Positions 13,833 through 29,260 of a stretch of DNA of 64,000 nucleotides are shown one piece after another. The stretch is from the human T2T-CHM13v2.0 reference genome, Homo sapiens. Each line of letters opens with the position of its first letter. Position 1 is the stretch's first letter. The position numbers and the translations under genes are program-made. The stretch lies in NCBI RefSeq assembly GCF_009914755.1, contig NC_060933.1; one strand, written 5' to 3'. The notes beneath the pieces were generated by a model. It did no database searches and was not told the DNA's origin. It saw nothing but the letters and a program-made list of their open reading frames with translations.

Positions 13833-16253
13833 CAGGCACACCTTGTATTATGGTGCTTTGTTTTTTCTGCTTCACAAATATTGTGTCTTTTACAAATTGA
13901 AGGTTTGTGGCAGTCCTTCATCAAGCAAGTCTATCGACACCATTTTCTCAAAAGTATGTGTTCACTTCATGTCTCTGTGTCACATTTAGGTAATTTTCAC
14001 AATATTTCAAACTCTTTCATTATTAGCATATCTGTTATAGTCTGCGATCACTGATCTCTGATGTTACTCTTGTTATCTAGTTGTTGTGGGGCACCACAAA
14101 CCAAGTTCATAAGAGACAGTGAGTTTAACTGACAAATGTGAGTGTGCGTTCTGAATGCTCCACCAACCGGCCATTCTCCCATCTCTCTGCCTCTTCTTGC
14201 ACCTCCCTGTTCGCTGAAACACAACAATATTGAAATTATGCCCATTAATAACCTATAATGGCCTCAAAGTGTTCAAGTGAAAGGAAGAGTCACACATCTT
14301 TCACTTTAAGTCAAAAGCTAGAAATGATTAGGCTTGATGAGGAAGGAATGTGAAACACCCAGATAGCTGAAATCTAGGCCTCTTGTGCCAAAAAGCTAGT
14401 CAAACTGTGAATGCAAAGGAAAAATTCTTGAAGGAAATTAAAAGTCTACTCCAGTGAATACACAAATGATAAGAAAGTGAAACAGCCTTATTGCTGATAT
14501 GGAGAAAGCTTCAATAGTCTGGATAGAAGATCAAACCAGCCACATTTCCTCAATACTAATCCAGACCACAGCCCTAACTCTCTTTAATTCTATGAAGTCT
14601 GAGAGAGGCAAGGAAGCTGCAGAAGAAAAGTTGGAATCTAGCAGAAGTTGGTTCATGAGTTTTAAAAAAAAAGCTGTCTCCATAACATAATAGTGCAAGG
14701 TAAAGCAGCAAGTGCTGATGTACAAGCTGCAGCATGTTAGCTGGAAGATTTAGCTAAAATAATTGATGAAGGTGGCTACATTACACAACAGATTCAATGC
14801 AGACAAACAGGCTTCTATTGGAAGAAGATACATCTAGGGCTTTCAAAGCTAGAGAGAAGTCAATGCCTGGCTTCAGTTCTTCAAAGGATAGGCTGGTTAT
14901 CTTGTTAAGGACTAATGCAGGTGGTGACTTTTAGTGGAAGACAATACTCATTTACCATTCCAAAAATCTCAGGGCCCTTAAGAATTATGCTAAATCTACC
15001 CTGCCTGTGTTCTATGAATAGAACAACAAAGCCTGGATGAGAGCACATCTGTTTAGCAGCATGACTTACCGTGAATATTTTAAGCCCATTGTTGAGACCT
15101 ACTGCTTAGAAAAGAAAAATTTCTTTAAAAACATTGCTGCTTATTGACAAGCACCTAGTTACCCAAGAGCTCTGATGGAAATATGTAAGGAGATTAACAC
15201 TGTTTTCATGCCTGCTAATACAACATTCATTTTCTAGCCTATGGATCAAGAAGTAATATCAACACTTAAGTCTTATTATTTAATAAACACATTTTATAAG
15301 GCTAGAGCTGCTATGGATAGTGATTCCTCTGATGGATCTGAGCAAAGTAAATCTAAAACCTTCTGGAAAGTATTCACTAGTCTACATGCCATTAAGAACA
15401 TTTGGGATTCATGGGTTAAGGCCAAAATATCAACATTAATAGTTTGAAAGTTAATGGAATTTGGAAGAAGTTGATTCCAATCCTCACAGATGACTTTGAG
15501 AGGTTCAAGACTTCAGTGGAGGAAGTAACTGCAGATGTGGTGAAAACAGCAAGAGAACTAGAATTAGAAGTGGAGCCTGAAGATGTGACTGAATTGCTAC
15601 AGTCCCATGATAAAGTTTAATGGATGAGCAGTTGCATTTTATGCATGAGCCAAGAAAATGATTGCATGAGACGGAATCTACTCCTGGGAAAGATGCTGTG
15701 AACATTGTTGAAATGAAAGAAAGGATTTATAATATTACACAAGTTAGTTGGTAAAGCAGTGGCAGGATTTAAGCAGATTGACTCTAGTTTTGAAAGATAT
15801 TCTACCATGGGTATAATGCTATCAAACACCATCACACACAACAGAGAAATCTTTCATGAAAGGAAAAGTAAATTGATGTGCAATTGATGAAGCAAACTTC
15901 ACCGTTGTCTTGTTTTAAAAAACCGCAACAGCCACCCCAACCTTCCACAACCCCCAGCCTGATCAGTCAGCAGTCATAAGCATGGAGGAACAACCCTGCA
16001 CTAGCAAAAAGATTATGACTTGCTGAAGGCTCAGATGATTGTTAGCATATTTTAGCAATAAACTATTTTTAATTAAGATATGTACATTGTTTTTTAAGAC
16101 AATGCTATCAAACACTTAATAGACTACAATAGACTGTGAACAGAACTTTTATATGCTCTAGGAACCAAAAAATTCATGTGACTTGCTCTTTTGTGATATT
16201 GCTTTATTGCGGTGGTCTGGAACTGAACCTTTAATATCTCCGAGGTATGCTTT
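13833..16253 (+). mobile_element. Tigger1 DNA transposon (TcMar-Tigger/pogo), essentially full length (about 2.42 kb)
   Basis: Starts TA|caggcacacct, ends gaggtatgcttt|TA; internal sequence follows the Tigger1 consensus throughout; length matches the roughly 2.4-kb consensus. Confidence 0.96.
14258..15619 (+). pseudogene. Tigger1 transposase ORF, disrupted by stops and frameshifts
   Basis: ATG GCC TCA AAG TGT TCA AGT GAA AGG AAG AGT (MASKCSSERKS) at 14258; fragments [15 protein letters not shown].. and [14 protein letters not shown].. appear in separate short ORFs. The end coordinate is approximate. Confidence 0.85.
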
Positions 16254-17754
16254 TAAAAATAAATAATCAGTATTATTTCCTCTACAGATGTGTTAACATG
16301 GCTGGGAATATTTTGATAGTCCTTTGTAACTGATATTGCTACTTTGTTTTTCCACCAGAGCCAGGCCTGGTGGATTCTACAGAAACAAGAAAAATATGCT
16401 CAAAACAATCTTAATTTTCAGAAATGTAGATTTCTATTTTGATGACCGCAGTCTGTAGATTGAGCTTTGTGGAACAGGGGGATGGGGTGTTGACAGATAA
16501 AGAAAAATAAATCCTCTCAACAATTTTCTAAAAGCCTGGCTAAACTAGGGTCAAAGTATCTGAGAAGCAGTGTAAATATTCCAATGAGTTTCATTTCCTG
16601 ATCAGACATATTAGTTTCCATATGCCAGAGTCCTGGTGGCAAATTTACAATCTGTCCAAATGCTGCTTTTATGGGTAACTGGAGGCTCTGTGTGTAGCTT
16701 CAGCATCTGTAATAATGGTTTTGCACAAGAGATGTGTCTAACAAAGTTGAAAGTATAGATAATTTCATTGATTGCTTTAAATTCCACCATTGGCGCTGCA
16801 TGTGGAGCTGCGTTCTGAATCACTCCAGATGCACATCCTTTTAGAACGGCAGTCCTGCTACCATCCAAGTACCCATAAAGGTCTTTAATTAGGTAATCTC
16901 CAAATAGCAACAGCACCATCCTCTGACTTTATTAACATAAAATCTCTCTTTTGCAAAGCTCTTTCAATGTGCAATAGGGGAGAATTCCTGGATGAAGATG
17001 GGCAGGTAAGAGTAAAGAGAGAAGACAGAAATGGAAATGACAAAACAGATAAAAGCAGAGTAATATTGTGGTTCATCTTGAGGTGCTTGTTATAACTTCA
17101 CTTTAAGAAACTTTAACCTATTAACCTTTTTAAAAAACTTGGCCTCTGCTAAGGATCTGCATCACTAACAAGAACATTTATTTATTAAGACTCTCTGTGT
17201 CTAAGCATTTTTAATGACCCCCATTGCCATGGCACCATCTGGACACCTGACATTTTAAAAACAAACATTTCAGCATAATTGATGAATTCTACCTTAGATG
17301 GCTATTATGCACATCTGACTGCTAACAAACAGGCAGCTCTCATTCCACCAAATTAAACCTCGCCAAGCAGAAATATCACATAGAACAATTTAATATGGGT
17401 GTATTATGAAGAAAGCTTAACCTGAAGAGACCCTCTATAACAATAAAGGTGATGGATTCACAAAAAACAAACCACAAGAAATAACCAGGTGGATTTTGGC
17501 CAGAGTATACTCACAATGGAGAGGTAGCAGGGAGATGTCAGTATTGCACCTGAGTCATACCTTAACCATACAAACAGCTACAGCAAAGCACGCACAGCCA
17601 GCAAATGACCCATCCATCGAACAGCCATGATTATCCTGCCTTCCACTATAAGAGGACATACCCTTTGCTAATACTCTCTCAAATTTCTGTTTATTGTGGA
17701 GAAAGGTAGGGGAATTAATTAAAAAAGGCACCGGTTACTAATGAAGCACTTTTG

Positions 17755-18060
17755 ATTCATGCATCCATTTATTTAACATAATCAACAGAAACGAATTTAT
17801 ATATGAAGTACTGTTCTAGGTCCCGGGGTTGCAGCAATAAACAAGAAAATTTCCCTACATGTTTACACTTAAGATCCCCTTGGAGCCTGGGGAAGGTTTA
17901 GCAGGAGCCTTTGAGCTATCTGTGCATTTGTGAATTAAATATTACTTTTCGTCTTGTATGGATCAGGGAACCAAGACTCTGACAGATTGAGTTACCTGTA
18001 CAAGTTTACATAACTAGTAGGTTACAGAAATAGCCCTAGGATTTAGGACCCCAACATAGC
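17755..18060 (-). mobile_element. L2 tail fragment followed by MIR fragment
   Basis: 'attcatgcatccatttatttaaca..gtactgttctaggtcccgggg..aataaacaaga' (L2); 'gagttacctgtacaagtttacataactagtagg..ctaggattta' (MIR). Confidence 0.5.
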
Positions 18061-18590
18061 TCAGTTTTGCACAATCAGGAAGCTTGCTTCAGGTAAACAC
18101 CTTCTGCCTCATTTCCTTCAGGCACCTCTAGATAAATGGCACCACAGGCTTCTTTAGGTTCAATACTTAAAGCTCTGGATCGGGTTCAAAAATCAGAGTT
18201 TTAAGAGAAGTTGGTGGAACTCAGGGCTCAGAGGTTCTTCATTTAATTTCAGCTAGGTTAGGACTTTGAGAGGTTTTTTGGACTACCATTGTGAGCTACA
18301 TTGCTGCTCTAGGAAAAATACATCCAGAGTTCTAAATGAGTGACTTACAAATCAACTTTTGGAGCCTACTAACCCGCTCTTTTGACTTTTAACTCTCTGA
18401 TTTCTAACATCTACTTTTCCATGCAAGTTTCCAGCTCATGCCATCCTAAATAAAGTAGAAACTAGGCACATATTTTTCTTCTTTGATTCTTCCTATTTCT
18501 TTCAGAATTGTTCTCATGCAATAAGCACCTATCTAGTTTCTGCCCACCTGGCTTCCAATATGCAATAATTGATTACTACCACTAGCTCCC

Positions 18591-18643
18591 TGTGTGTGTG
18601 TGTGTGTTTGGGGGGTTGGTGTCGGGGGTGGGGGGGTGTTGGG
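18591..18643 (+). repeat. (TG)8 microsatellite followed by a G-run cluster
   Basis: TG x8, then G6, G5, G7 and G3 runs. Confidence 0.8.
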
Positions 18644-19513
18644 AGTTCAAGCCCTTATATTACAGCATTCTGAAACTCTAATCAAATCACTCTAATCATC
18701 GTAACAAAAGATTTTTTCCCTGTTTTACAAGAATTTTTAACATAGCCTGATTCATAATACCTTATACCATATATTATCTAGAAGATAGGATATTTATCTC
18801 CAGAGAAATGGTAAGGTAAAGAGAGAAACAAAATATTCAACATAAAAAACTATTTACCCAAGATTTTTCAGAAAAATCACACTTGTAGATCTTAATATTA
18901 ATGAGGCACTGAAGTATATTAAGAAATGCAACGTACAAATTAACATAATGAAAAGAATTAAAAGAAAGCTAAGTAATGATCAAGTCATTAGGCAGCCCAT
19001 ACTAAAGAACAATTTGCAGAATCAAAATTCAACAGACGGATACACCACTATTAGTGAAAAAATTGATTATTCTATTATATAAACTTACTTTTGCCATTTT
19101 TAGAAGTTATGCCTGTTTCTTTTATAATTAATTATGTGCCTATAATGGTAGAGAATTTATAGTTTAGATAAACCTATACAAATAGAATTCTCCACACCAA
19201 CAATAAGGCCCTTTATGATGTCTAATTTATATTACTTGATATTTTATATGTAACTAGATTTCTTTTTTCCAGTCTTAACAACTTACTTTTTGGCCTCAAT
19301 CTGGTTACTGGGCTTCCGCCTACTTCTTTGCACCCAAATTTGTGTCTTAGAAATTTGCTTAATATCCTAATCCCTCTAGGAATTGAGGAAGTTGTTCTTG
19401 CTTGACCAGCTCTTTCCAGGAGATTGGAGCCCTGCTCATTGCACCCATCAAGTAAGGGTCACCACAATGTACCAACGCTTCCTTGTGCTATCTCCCTCCT
19501 TAGATTTTACTTT

Positions 19514-19689
19514 CAGTGGTATGTTGGACCAAGCTCTTACTGGCTTGCAATAGCCTGTTGTTAAATGTTCAAGAATTTTGTGAGTGGGACTACTGCTGGA
19601 AATTAATCACCGTAGAAGTATTTAACCCAAAGAAATCATGAAATGCTTTTAATGCCTGGAGAGCTGACTTATCAACAAACACACCACTG
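19514..19689 (+). mobile_element. MER63A-like hAT-Blackjack MITE
   Basis: TIRs cagtggtatgttgg ... acacaccactg; internal 'tgttaaatgttcaagaattttgtgag'. Confidence 0.75.
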
Positions 19690-21879
19690 GATCATCGCCC
19701 CTTTCAGAATACGTTAGGTAACTCTGTTTGGATCCCCTGACCATTAACTATTATTGAAAGGTTTATTTTATATAACATTCTACTGGACTTTGTCCCAGTA
19801 CTTTCAGCTGGCCTTACTTGAAAGTAACTGCCTCACCCTAGTAAGACAGTGTGGTTCTGGATTCTGGTTCCTTCAGTTTTTCCTCTATTGTTCTATGATC
19901 AACTAAGACATGAACAGCTGAATCTAAATCCCTAACGCTCTGAATACTCTAGGCAGTCTGGCTGTTGCATCTGAGCCTGTCCTTTTGTTACCCAAAGCCT
20001 CCCTCTGCTGGCCCCAACTATTAAAATATGCCTACTTGTGTTCTACCCTCTCAAATGCCTATTCTCCTTTAGTATAGACACATTTTGAATATGGTTTTAG
20101 AAATACAGACTCCAAGAGAGGTGAGCTAAGACATGACTGGTCTATGATGGTGATTGTTGGCTGGATCTCAGTGTTCATTTTGGATGTCCTAATTTAATGC
20201 CAGTTAAACAGTCATCTAACTCTAGCATAAAGGCTTTTTAGCAATAGGCAGTAAGTAGATTGTGAATGACAGGCTGAGCTGGGCTTTGATATCATTAGCA
20301 AGCATGTTGGTTGCTTACTTGCTGCTTCAAATCTATTCTCCTTAATGCCCATTCTGTGTTTTCGAACTGGCCTGTGATAGCTGGAAAAAGGTTCTTCTCT
20401 TCTTACTAAGATTGTTAAAGACTTAGCTCTGTTAGTAAAATCAGAAAACTCGCAATCTGTAAATGCCTGATAACGTCACTACACATAGGAACATGACAAT
20501 GCATCAACTTTCATGTGATTTGTTGTCTTTTAAACAAATTGTCTACTTCTTAGTCTTATGGCCATTGCATTCCTAAACGAACTCAATCTCTGGACTAGGT
20601 CTCATCTCACTATAAATCATTTGCTGCATTGCAAAGACCAATACTGAGTATTCTTGTGCTTATGTTTCTCCTTTAGATAAATCTTTTTGTGTTCTCACAG
20701 ACTCTAACCCCTTATAGACTACAGTTTTGTTGTTTGAAAGAATTTAAGGTAAACAGCTTTTGTCAATCAGAACTCCTCAAATTATTGTATGTTTTGATAT
20801 TCAGTATCATTTTTAGTGGTATAATCTGTAATTTAGGAAGCATCCACATTATTTCAACTCATTTTAAATTTTAAGAATATGCCACAAAAAGATTTGAAAT
20901 ATCTCCAAGGTATATATAAAATATTTTAAACAAATTATCATATAAAATATAAACCTCATACCCTTATTCTCTTCCTACATTTCAACCATCTCAACACAAT
21001 TATTTTTGGAACTATATAATCATGTCAGTTTAAAATCACCTATATAGTATAAACTCTCTGGAATTCGAAAATTTTGGCACATAACACTCTGTGGCTGTTT
21101 TTTTTTACTTGGCTCTTGTTGGCTAAGATGATCAAGATCCGGAATGATTGCATCCCATTTAATTCTTCCCAAATGTTTCTCTTCCTGACATTCTTTAGCC
21201 ATATGGATCATTCCCATTTTCAAAAGGTGAAAAAGTACCAGGAAAAATTAATTTATGTTTGGATGATATAACCACCCTGCAAATAAAGAGAATGAGGGCA
21301 AAACTGCCTGCGGAGGGCAAAACTGCCTGTATACCAGAGGTAGGACTGAAAATCAAACCTCCCCTAGAGCCCATAAAACTCATGTCTTTTGGTATAGCAA
21401 GAGCAGAGGAACTAGTAAGTGTACAGCACTGAGCCATAGCTCAGATTCAAAACACGTGTGTATAGGAAAAACAAACAAAACAAAACAAAACTCCAAACTG
21501 GGCTTATTTTCAATGTAAGTTTTGTTCAATTGACCAGGGCACGGGGAAGCCAAAAATGAGCTAATTTTCAGTGTCATTTGCATTATCCGCCAGGTGTTAA
21601 ACTCATTATAGGCCATAGCATCATTTGCTGGAACCAGCCATTCCTTCATTAGCCATGCTCTCTTTATGCCCTCTAGTGCATATATTTTGAATGGACCTTC
21701 AGGGGAAAGATCCAAATAGTTTTGCTATGGCTATAGTCTGTTTCCACTGGTAGAAATGGAAGCAAGCTCAACTAGCTTAGAGGAGCTTAATAATAAGCCA
21801 GGCAACAACAGGTATTGACAACTTTCTATCTGATCAGTTCATTGCTAGGCATTTTGAATGATATAGAAGAAATGCAAAA

Positions 21880-22030
21880 CTCCATCTGAGTGACAATTTG
21901 CTCCTCAATAAAATGCAGATAAAACAGCAACCACCTTGCCTGAATGTTGTGAAAACAAGAAATAGCATGTGTAAGTGGAAGTAGCATGGTGAATGCTACA
22001 TATGAGATGCCTAATAAATAATGACTGTTT
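21880..22030 (+). mobile_element. MIR/L2-tail fragment
   Basis: 'tttgctcctcaataaaatgcagataaaacagcaaccacctt..gttgtgaaa', then 'tgcctaataaataatg'. Confidence 0.5.
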
Positions 22031-24761
22031 TAATGATAATTAATTTATAATTCTCATGAGAGAGGAACATCATCATGAAATAATTGATGTGCCAAACAAG
22101 GAAGTATGAAATTAATCTGCATCCTGAATGAACCACCCAACTTTCACAGATCATTTAAAAAGGGGCCTGCAATTACACTCTTCTGATCCTTTTGGTTAAA
22201 AGGCATTCTATAAAAACCTAAGTATAAGAAGACTAAAATTCTGCTGCTTTCAGCTGTAGAGGATGATGAAATTGTACCCAAGGGTGCCTTTTAATAAAGT
22301 TCACTTTATTATTCTCTAATGCATTTTAGCAAGCTTCACTGGCTATAACCATGACTTTCTTAAATGAGAGATCCTTTTTCTTTTCAGACGAGGAAATCAA
22401 GATTTCTTATCATAATTGGGGATGTCTGGAGGGCAGACTTATGCTCTGATTGTTCAGTGGCTGGGCTACTATTCTAGACCAGTTAACTGGCTTCACTAAC
22501 CTATAGGACTTGCTATAGAAAAATAAAGCCATATATGTGATGATTATTTGGAAAATATACAGTTCTAGAATTTCCTTTACCAGAGAGCTTCTGGGGCTCC
22601 TGTCTGAATAGCCTGGATTTTTTTTTAAATTTTCTTAACATAAATTAAATAATTTTGATATTCATAGAACAAAATGCATCAATGAACCCATAAGATGGCT
22701 GTTGTCTGGTTTAGAATGAAGCACAGTGCAACTGATTCATTGAAGACTTCTTTCACTTTTGTGTCTGAAGCACATGAATTTAGCTGTTAAAAGAAAGATT
22801 AGAGGTGTATCCAACCGATGATGTAATGTGATTTTCAACATTAAAGTCTGACTCTATTATTCTAGGTCCTCCTATGTTAGATGGGCTATGAGAGCAAATA
22901 TAATGGTGCATAATTTATAAATTTGGATTCTCCTCCTCTTTTCTTTTTGTTCTTCTTCTTGTTCTCAAGAATGAACAAAACATATACTTTTAAAAAGAAA
23001 GTCTATTTATGTTAAGGAATAGACAAGGCACAAATCATTCATTCCCTTGGTATTTACAAATTTAATTTTAAAGACTAACGTTATTCTGAATAGTCACTGA
23101 TCCCCAGAGTTTTATCTCTGTAAGTGACTTCTTGTTAAAATGGAGATTGAACTCTAAATTTGCAATTCCCATTGGGCTGCAATTACCATATTTATTCACA
23201 TAACCTACCTGTTATTTTTACTGTGAAATTGGGAAATGATATTACGTAAGCATCTGCCTGCTGGTCTAACCATAATTTTAGGGAGTATTACTGATATCAT
23301 AAATCAGTTTCCCTGATATTTTAAAAAAGTTTCATACTTTGGCATAGTAAGAAATCTAAGATAAAGATTAACTGGAGTTCAAATGACTCCACAGATATTT
23401 TTCAATATGTTTTTTCTTTTTTTATAGTATGGAAAAAAACTCTATTTAATGAAGCAGTACTTGTCCATTAAAGAAATGATTTTAAAAAATATTGGGGGGT
23501 CATATTTACATTTAATACAGCTAGATAAATGTAGACAGTAAATCTAATAACTCTTTCTTCCTCTGTCCCAACCTATAGCAAGATAGGGTAGAGAAAATGG
23601 ACTATTTGTAACATTTAATGATTTGCCTATTTATAGCAAGTAAAAAGTAAGTTCAGCTTATCTTAACTTCTGACTGCTTGGTTATTTTAAATTATAAAAT
23701 TAAAATACTGTGTGTGCTCCCATCCACACATCTTAAGGAAATCAAAATGAAAAGCTACATTAAATTTCATTTCAAACTGTGATGAGGTTATGAGTAGAGG
23801 TATATGTAGAAATATACAGTAATCTGTTTTAGGAAAATATAAAAATTTAATTTCGATAGACTTCTTCACTCTACCCTTCAACTCTGAATCACTTGATTTT
23901 GTTTTCCATACTAGATGACTTTGTGCTAACTGGTAGCCCAAAGATGGCTAAGGGTGACAAGAGGAACAAGGAGGGTGTAGTCTCCATTACCCTCCAAAGC
24001 CTCTAAAATTAATAAAATCTAAGAGAAAAAATGTGTTTTTGTACAACTATACCTTCAATACAAGTCCCTGAAGAATTTTAAAAATATATTTATTTTTTTT
24101 ATGTGCTTGACCCTATTACTTTTTTCTAAAATACTCCAATAAACCAAATACAAACCTATCAATATTTCTTTCTAATCACTCCAAAACAGCTAAAACTTTC
24201 CATCAATTCCATTCCTTTCTCAGAGACCATCATGCCTTTACCTTCCTACATCAATCTGGACCTTTTGCTTTAGATACCTATGTATAGTTATTTTTCTGGG
24301 AATTCCATTTACCCTTCTCCCGTGTTTGACCTCCTGTTACTTGGATCTTTTTTTTTTTTTTTTCATTGTGGTTTACACCCCCCAAAGGTTGCTTAAGCAT
24401 ATCTTTCAGTTGTTTCTTTCTTTTTTTTTTTACACCATAAATATATAATTTTTATTTGTCTGTTATACTTAAAGCTAAAAAGATATGACCCATTTTAGAA
24501 AAGTGTTTTTTTTTTTTTGCTTTTGAAATTTGGCATTTTTTTTAAATTTTATTATTATTATACTTTAAGTTTTAGGGTACGTGTGCACAATGCGCAGGTT
24601 AGTTACATATGTATACATGTGCCGTGCTGGTGCGCTGCACCCATTAACTCATCATTTAGCATTAGGTATATCTCCTAATGCTATCCCTCCCCCCTCCCCC
24701 CACCCCACAACAGTCCCCAGAGTGTGATGTTCCCCTTCCGGTGTCCATGTGTTCTCATTGT

Positions 24762-27300
<2,539 letters not shown>

Positions 27301-28569
27301 AAGACTAGGCTATATTTAAACACATGTTGATCATGAGATTTGTGTTAATATGAAAGTTGGTCTTATAATTAACTTCTAATATCAGAGTTCCACCAGACAA
27401 AAATGTTTCTTAATACATACATAATATAAGGTGGGATTCAACTTGAATGAGACCCTGAAGAATAAAAGATGGTATGGTTTTACTGGCGATATGCTATTAG
27501 GTTTGGGGCTGGGAATTAGATAGTATGAAAGCTGAACTTCTAGGAAATGATGACTTCATCTCCACCAACTGAAAGAAACATTTCCACAAATCATGTTATT
27601 TAATATTTCTTGTTTGAAAAAAGTATATAAAATAATATTTATACTAATACGTAAATGGCCAAAAAATTTACAAGAAAAATTTATAAGAATAAACCTCTGG
27701 TTGAAGCTTCTTTTTTCCCAACTACCTAAGTTTTATTTGTTTTCTTTTAAAACAGTTATTTAAAAACATTTATTTTATTTACACCATATATTTTCTTTGA
27801 AATATTTTATCACATATATTAAACTACGTATTCTCCCACAGTGGGGAAATGTGCTGAAAGTATCCTACGTCCTTGTGTGTACAGATGTGTGTTGTGTGTG
27901 TACAGTATGTATTATACATATGTAAACGTATGTTTTTGCCCTGCTCTCATTTAGGATGTTGTTGGATAAAGAGGACACCAAATTAACTTAAAATACATGT
28001 CTATTGGACTATTCCTTTGAGAGCACAGCATTATCATTGAGAAGTGGAAAATATAACAAATCTACAATGAGCATGTGGCATGCATAAGGATGGTTATGGT
28101 TCCATTTTGACATAATCTGGCTACAATAATAATGTTAAATCAATATGGCTTTTATGTTCTTGGTACTAATTGTATTTCCAACAATTGCAAACTATAAGTT
28201 ATAACTGAATTGGCAAAAAGATGGTAATTCTTGTCTCTGTGACAGAAATGAAGCACGATTTTGCATTCAGGGACTATGTCTTTCTGTGACTAAAACAGAA
28301 ATCAACTACAAAACTCCTGAAACCTACAAAACTATTGAAAGTTAGAGATAAGACCAGACAGTGATGTAATCTCTTTCATTTCAAACTACAAACAAAAAGA
28401 TACACATCTCATCAATTGACCCAAATGTTCACCCATTTTCTCACATACACCAATGTGATTATGATAAGAATTATTAGGTTGATTCATTTTGCTTGATAAA
28501 GTGTCAATAAATTCTTGCAGCTGCATTGGAGAGGATCCTCCTAGACCTCTCAACCTTTATCTGTGGCAC

Positions 28570-29260
28570 AATAAATTTATTCAAAAACACTTATTTGAGC
28601 ATACTATCTACTAGATACTCCTCTGGTGATCCAAAGAAGAATTATTTTTTCTTTATTTTTATTTATTATTATCTTGAGACAGGCTCTTTGCTGTGTTGCC
28701 CATGTTGGAGTGCAGTGTTACAAACATGGCTCACTGCAGCCTTCACTTCCTAGGCTCATACAATCCTCCCAACTCAGTCTCCAGTGTAGCTGGGACCACA
28801 GGTGTGTGCCATCACACCTGGCTTTTTTTTTTTTTTTCTTTTTTTTTTTTTTTGGCCCAAAGAAGAATCAGGTGCAGTCCTTACCCTCAAATTGTTCTCT
28901 ATGGTTTGGAAAGTATAGACATATAAACATATTATTATAATAGAGTAGAGTAAGAGCTATTAGAAGTTTATTTAGTATGCTGCAGGATTCACTGAATGAG
29001 ATGCATATACAACTCATAGTACCATGAAATAATACAGACTTTGGGGCAGCAATATGACGAATTTCATAGTGCTAATACATACATAGATGCATAGAAGTTG
29101 GGATAAAGTACGTAGAGAGAGGAGGCTACAAACAGGAAGGAATCAATCCACAAAAAGCTTTGTTCTGTTTGAAAAGCTTGGCCCTAAGCAGGAATAAGAC
29201 ACTAAATAGTCTGCATTTTAGAATCGTCTTTCTAGCAGCATAAAAACTGTAGATAGGACT
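28570..29260 (-). mobile_element. L2 3' fragment interrupted by an Alu arm
   Basis: 'atttattcaaaaacacttatttgagcatactat..gatccaaagaagaat|caggtgcagtccttaccctcaa'. Confidence 0.55.
28643..28856 (-). mobile_element. Alu right arm only (FRAM or truncated AluJ) with a long internal T-tract and 12-bp TSD
   Basis: 'gagacaggctctttgctgtgttgccca..gctcactgcagcc..gtagctgggaccacaggtgtgtgccatcacacctggc'; TSD ccaaagaagaat at 28631-28642 and 28857-28868. Confidence 0.88.

Noticed and set aside
16783-16798. CTCF-like ccaccattggcgctg (also gccaccaagggcgtc at about 32362)
   Set aside because: Both are one base short of the CCASYAGRKGGCRS core spacing, so the match is poor.
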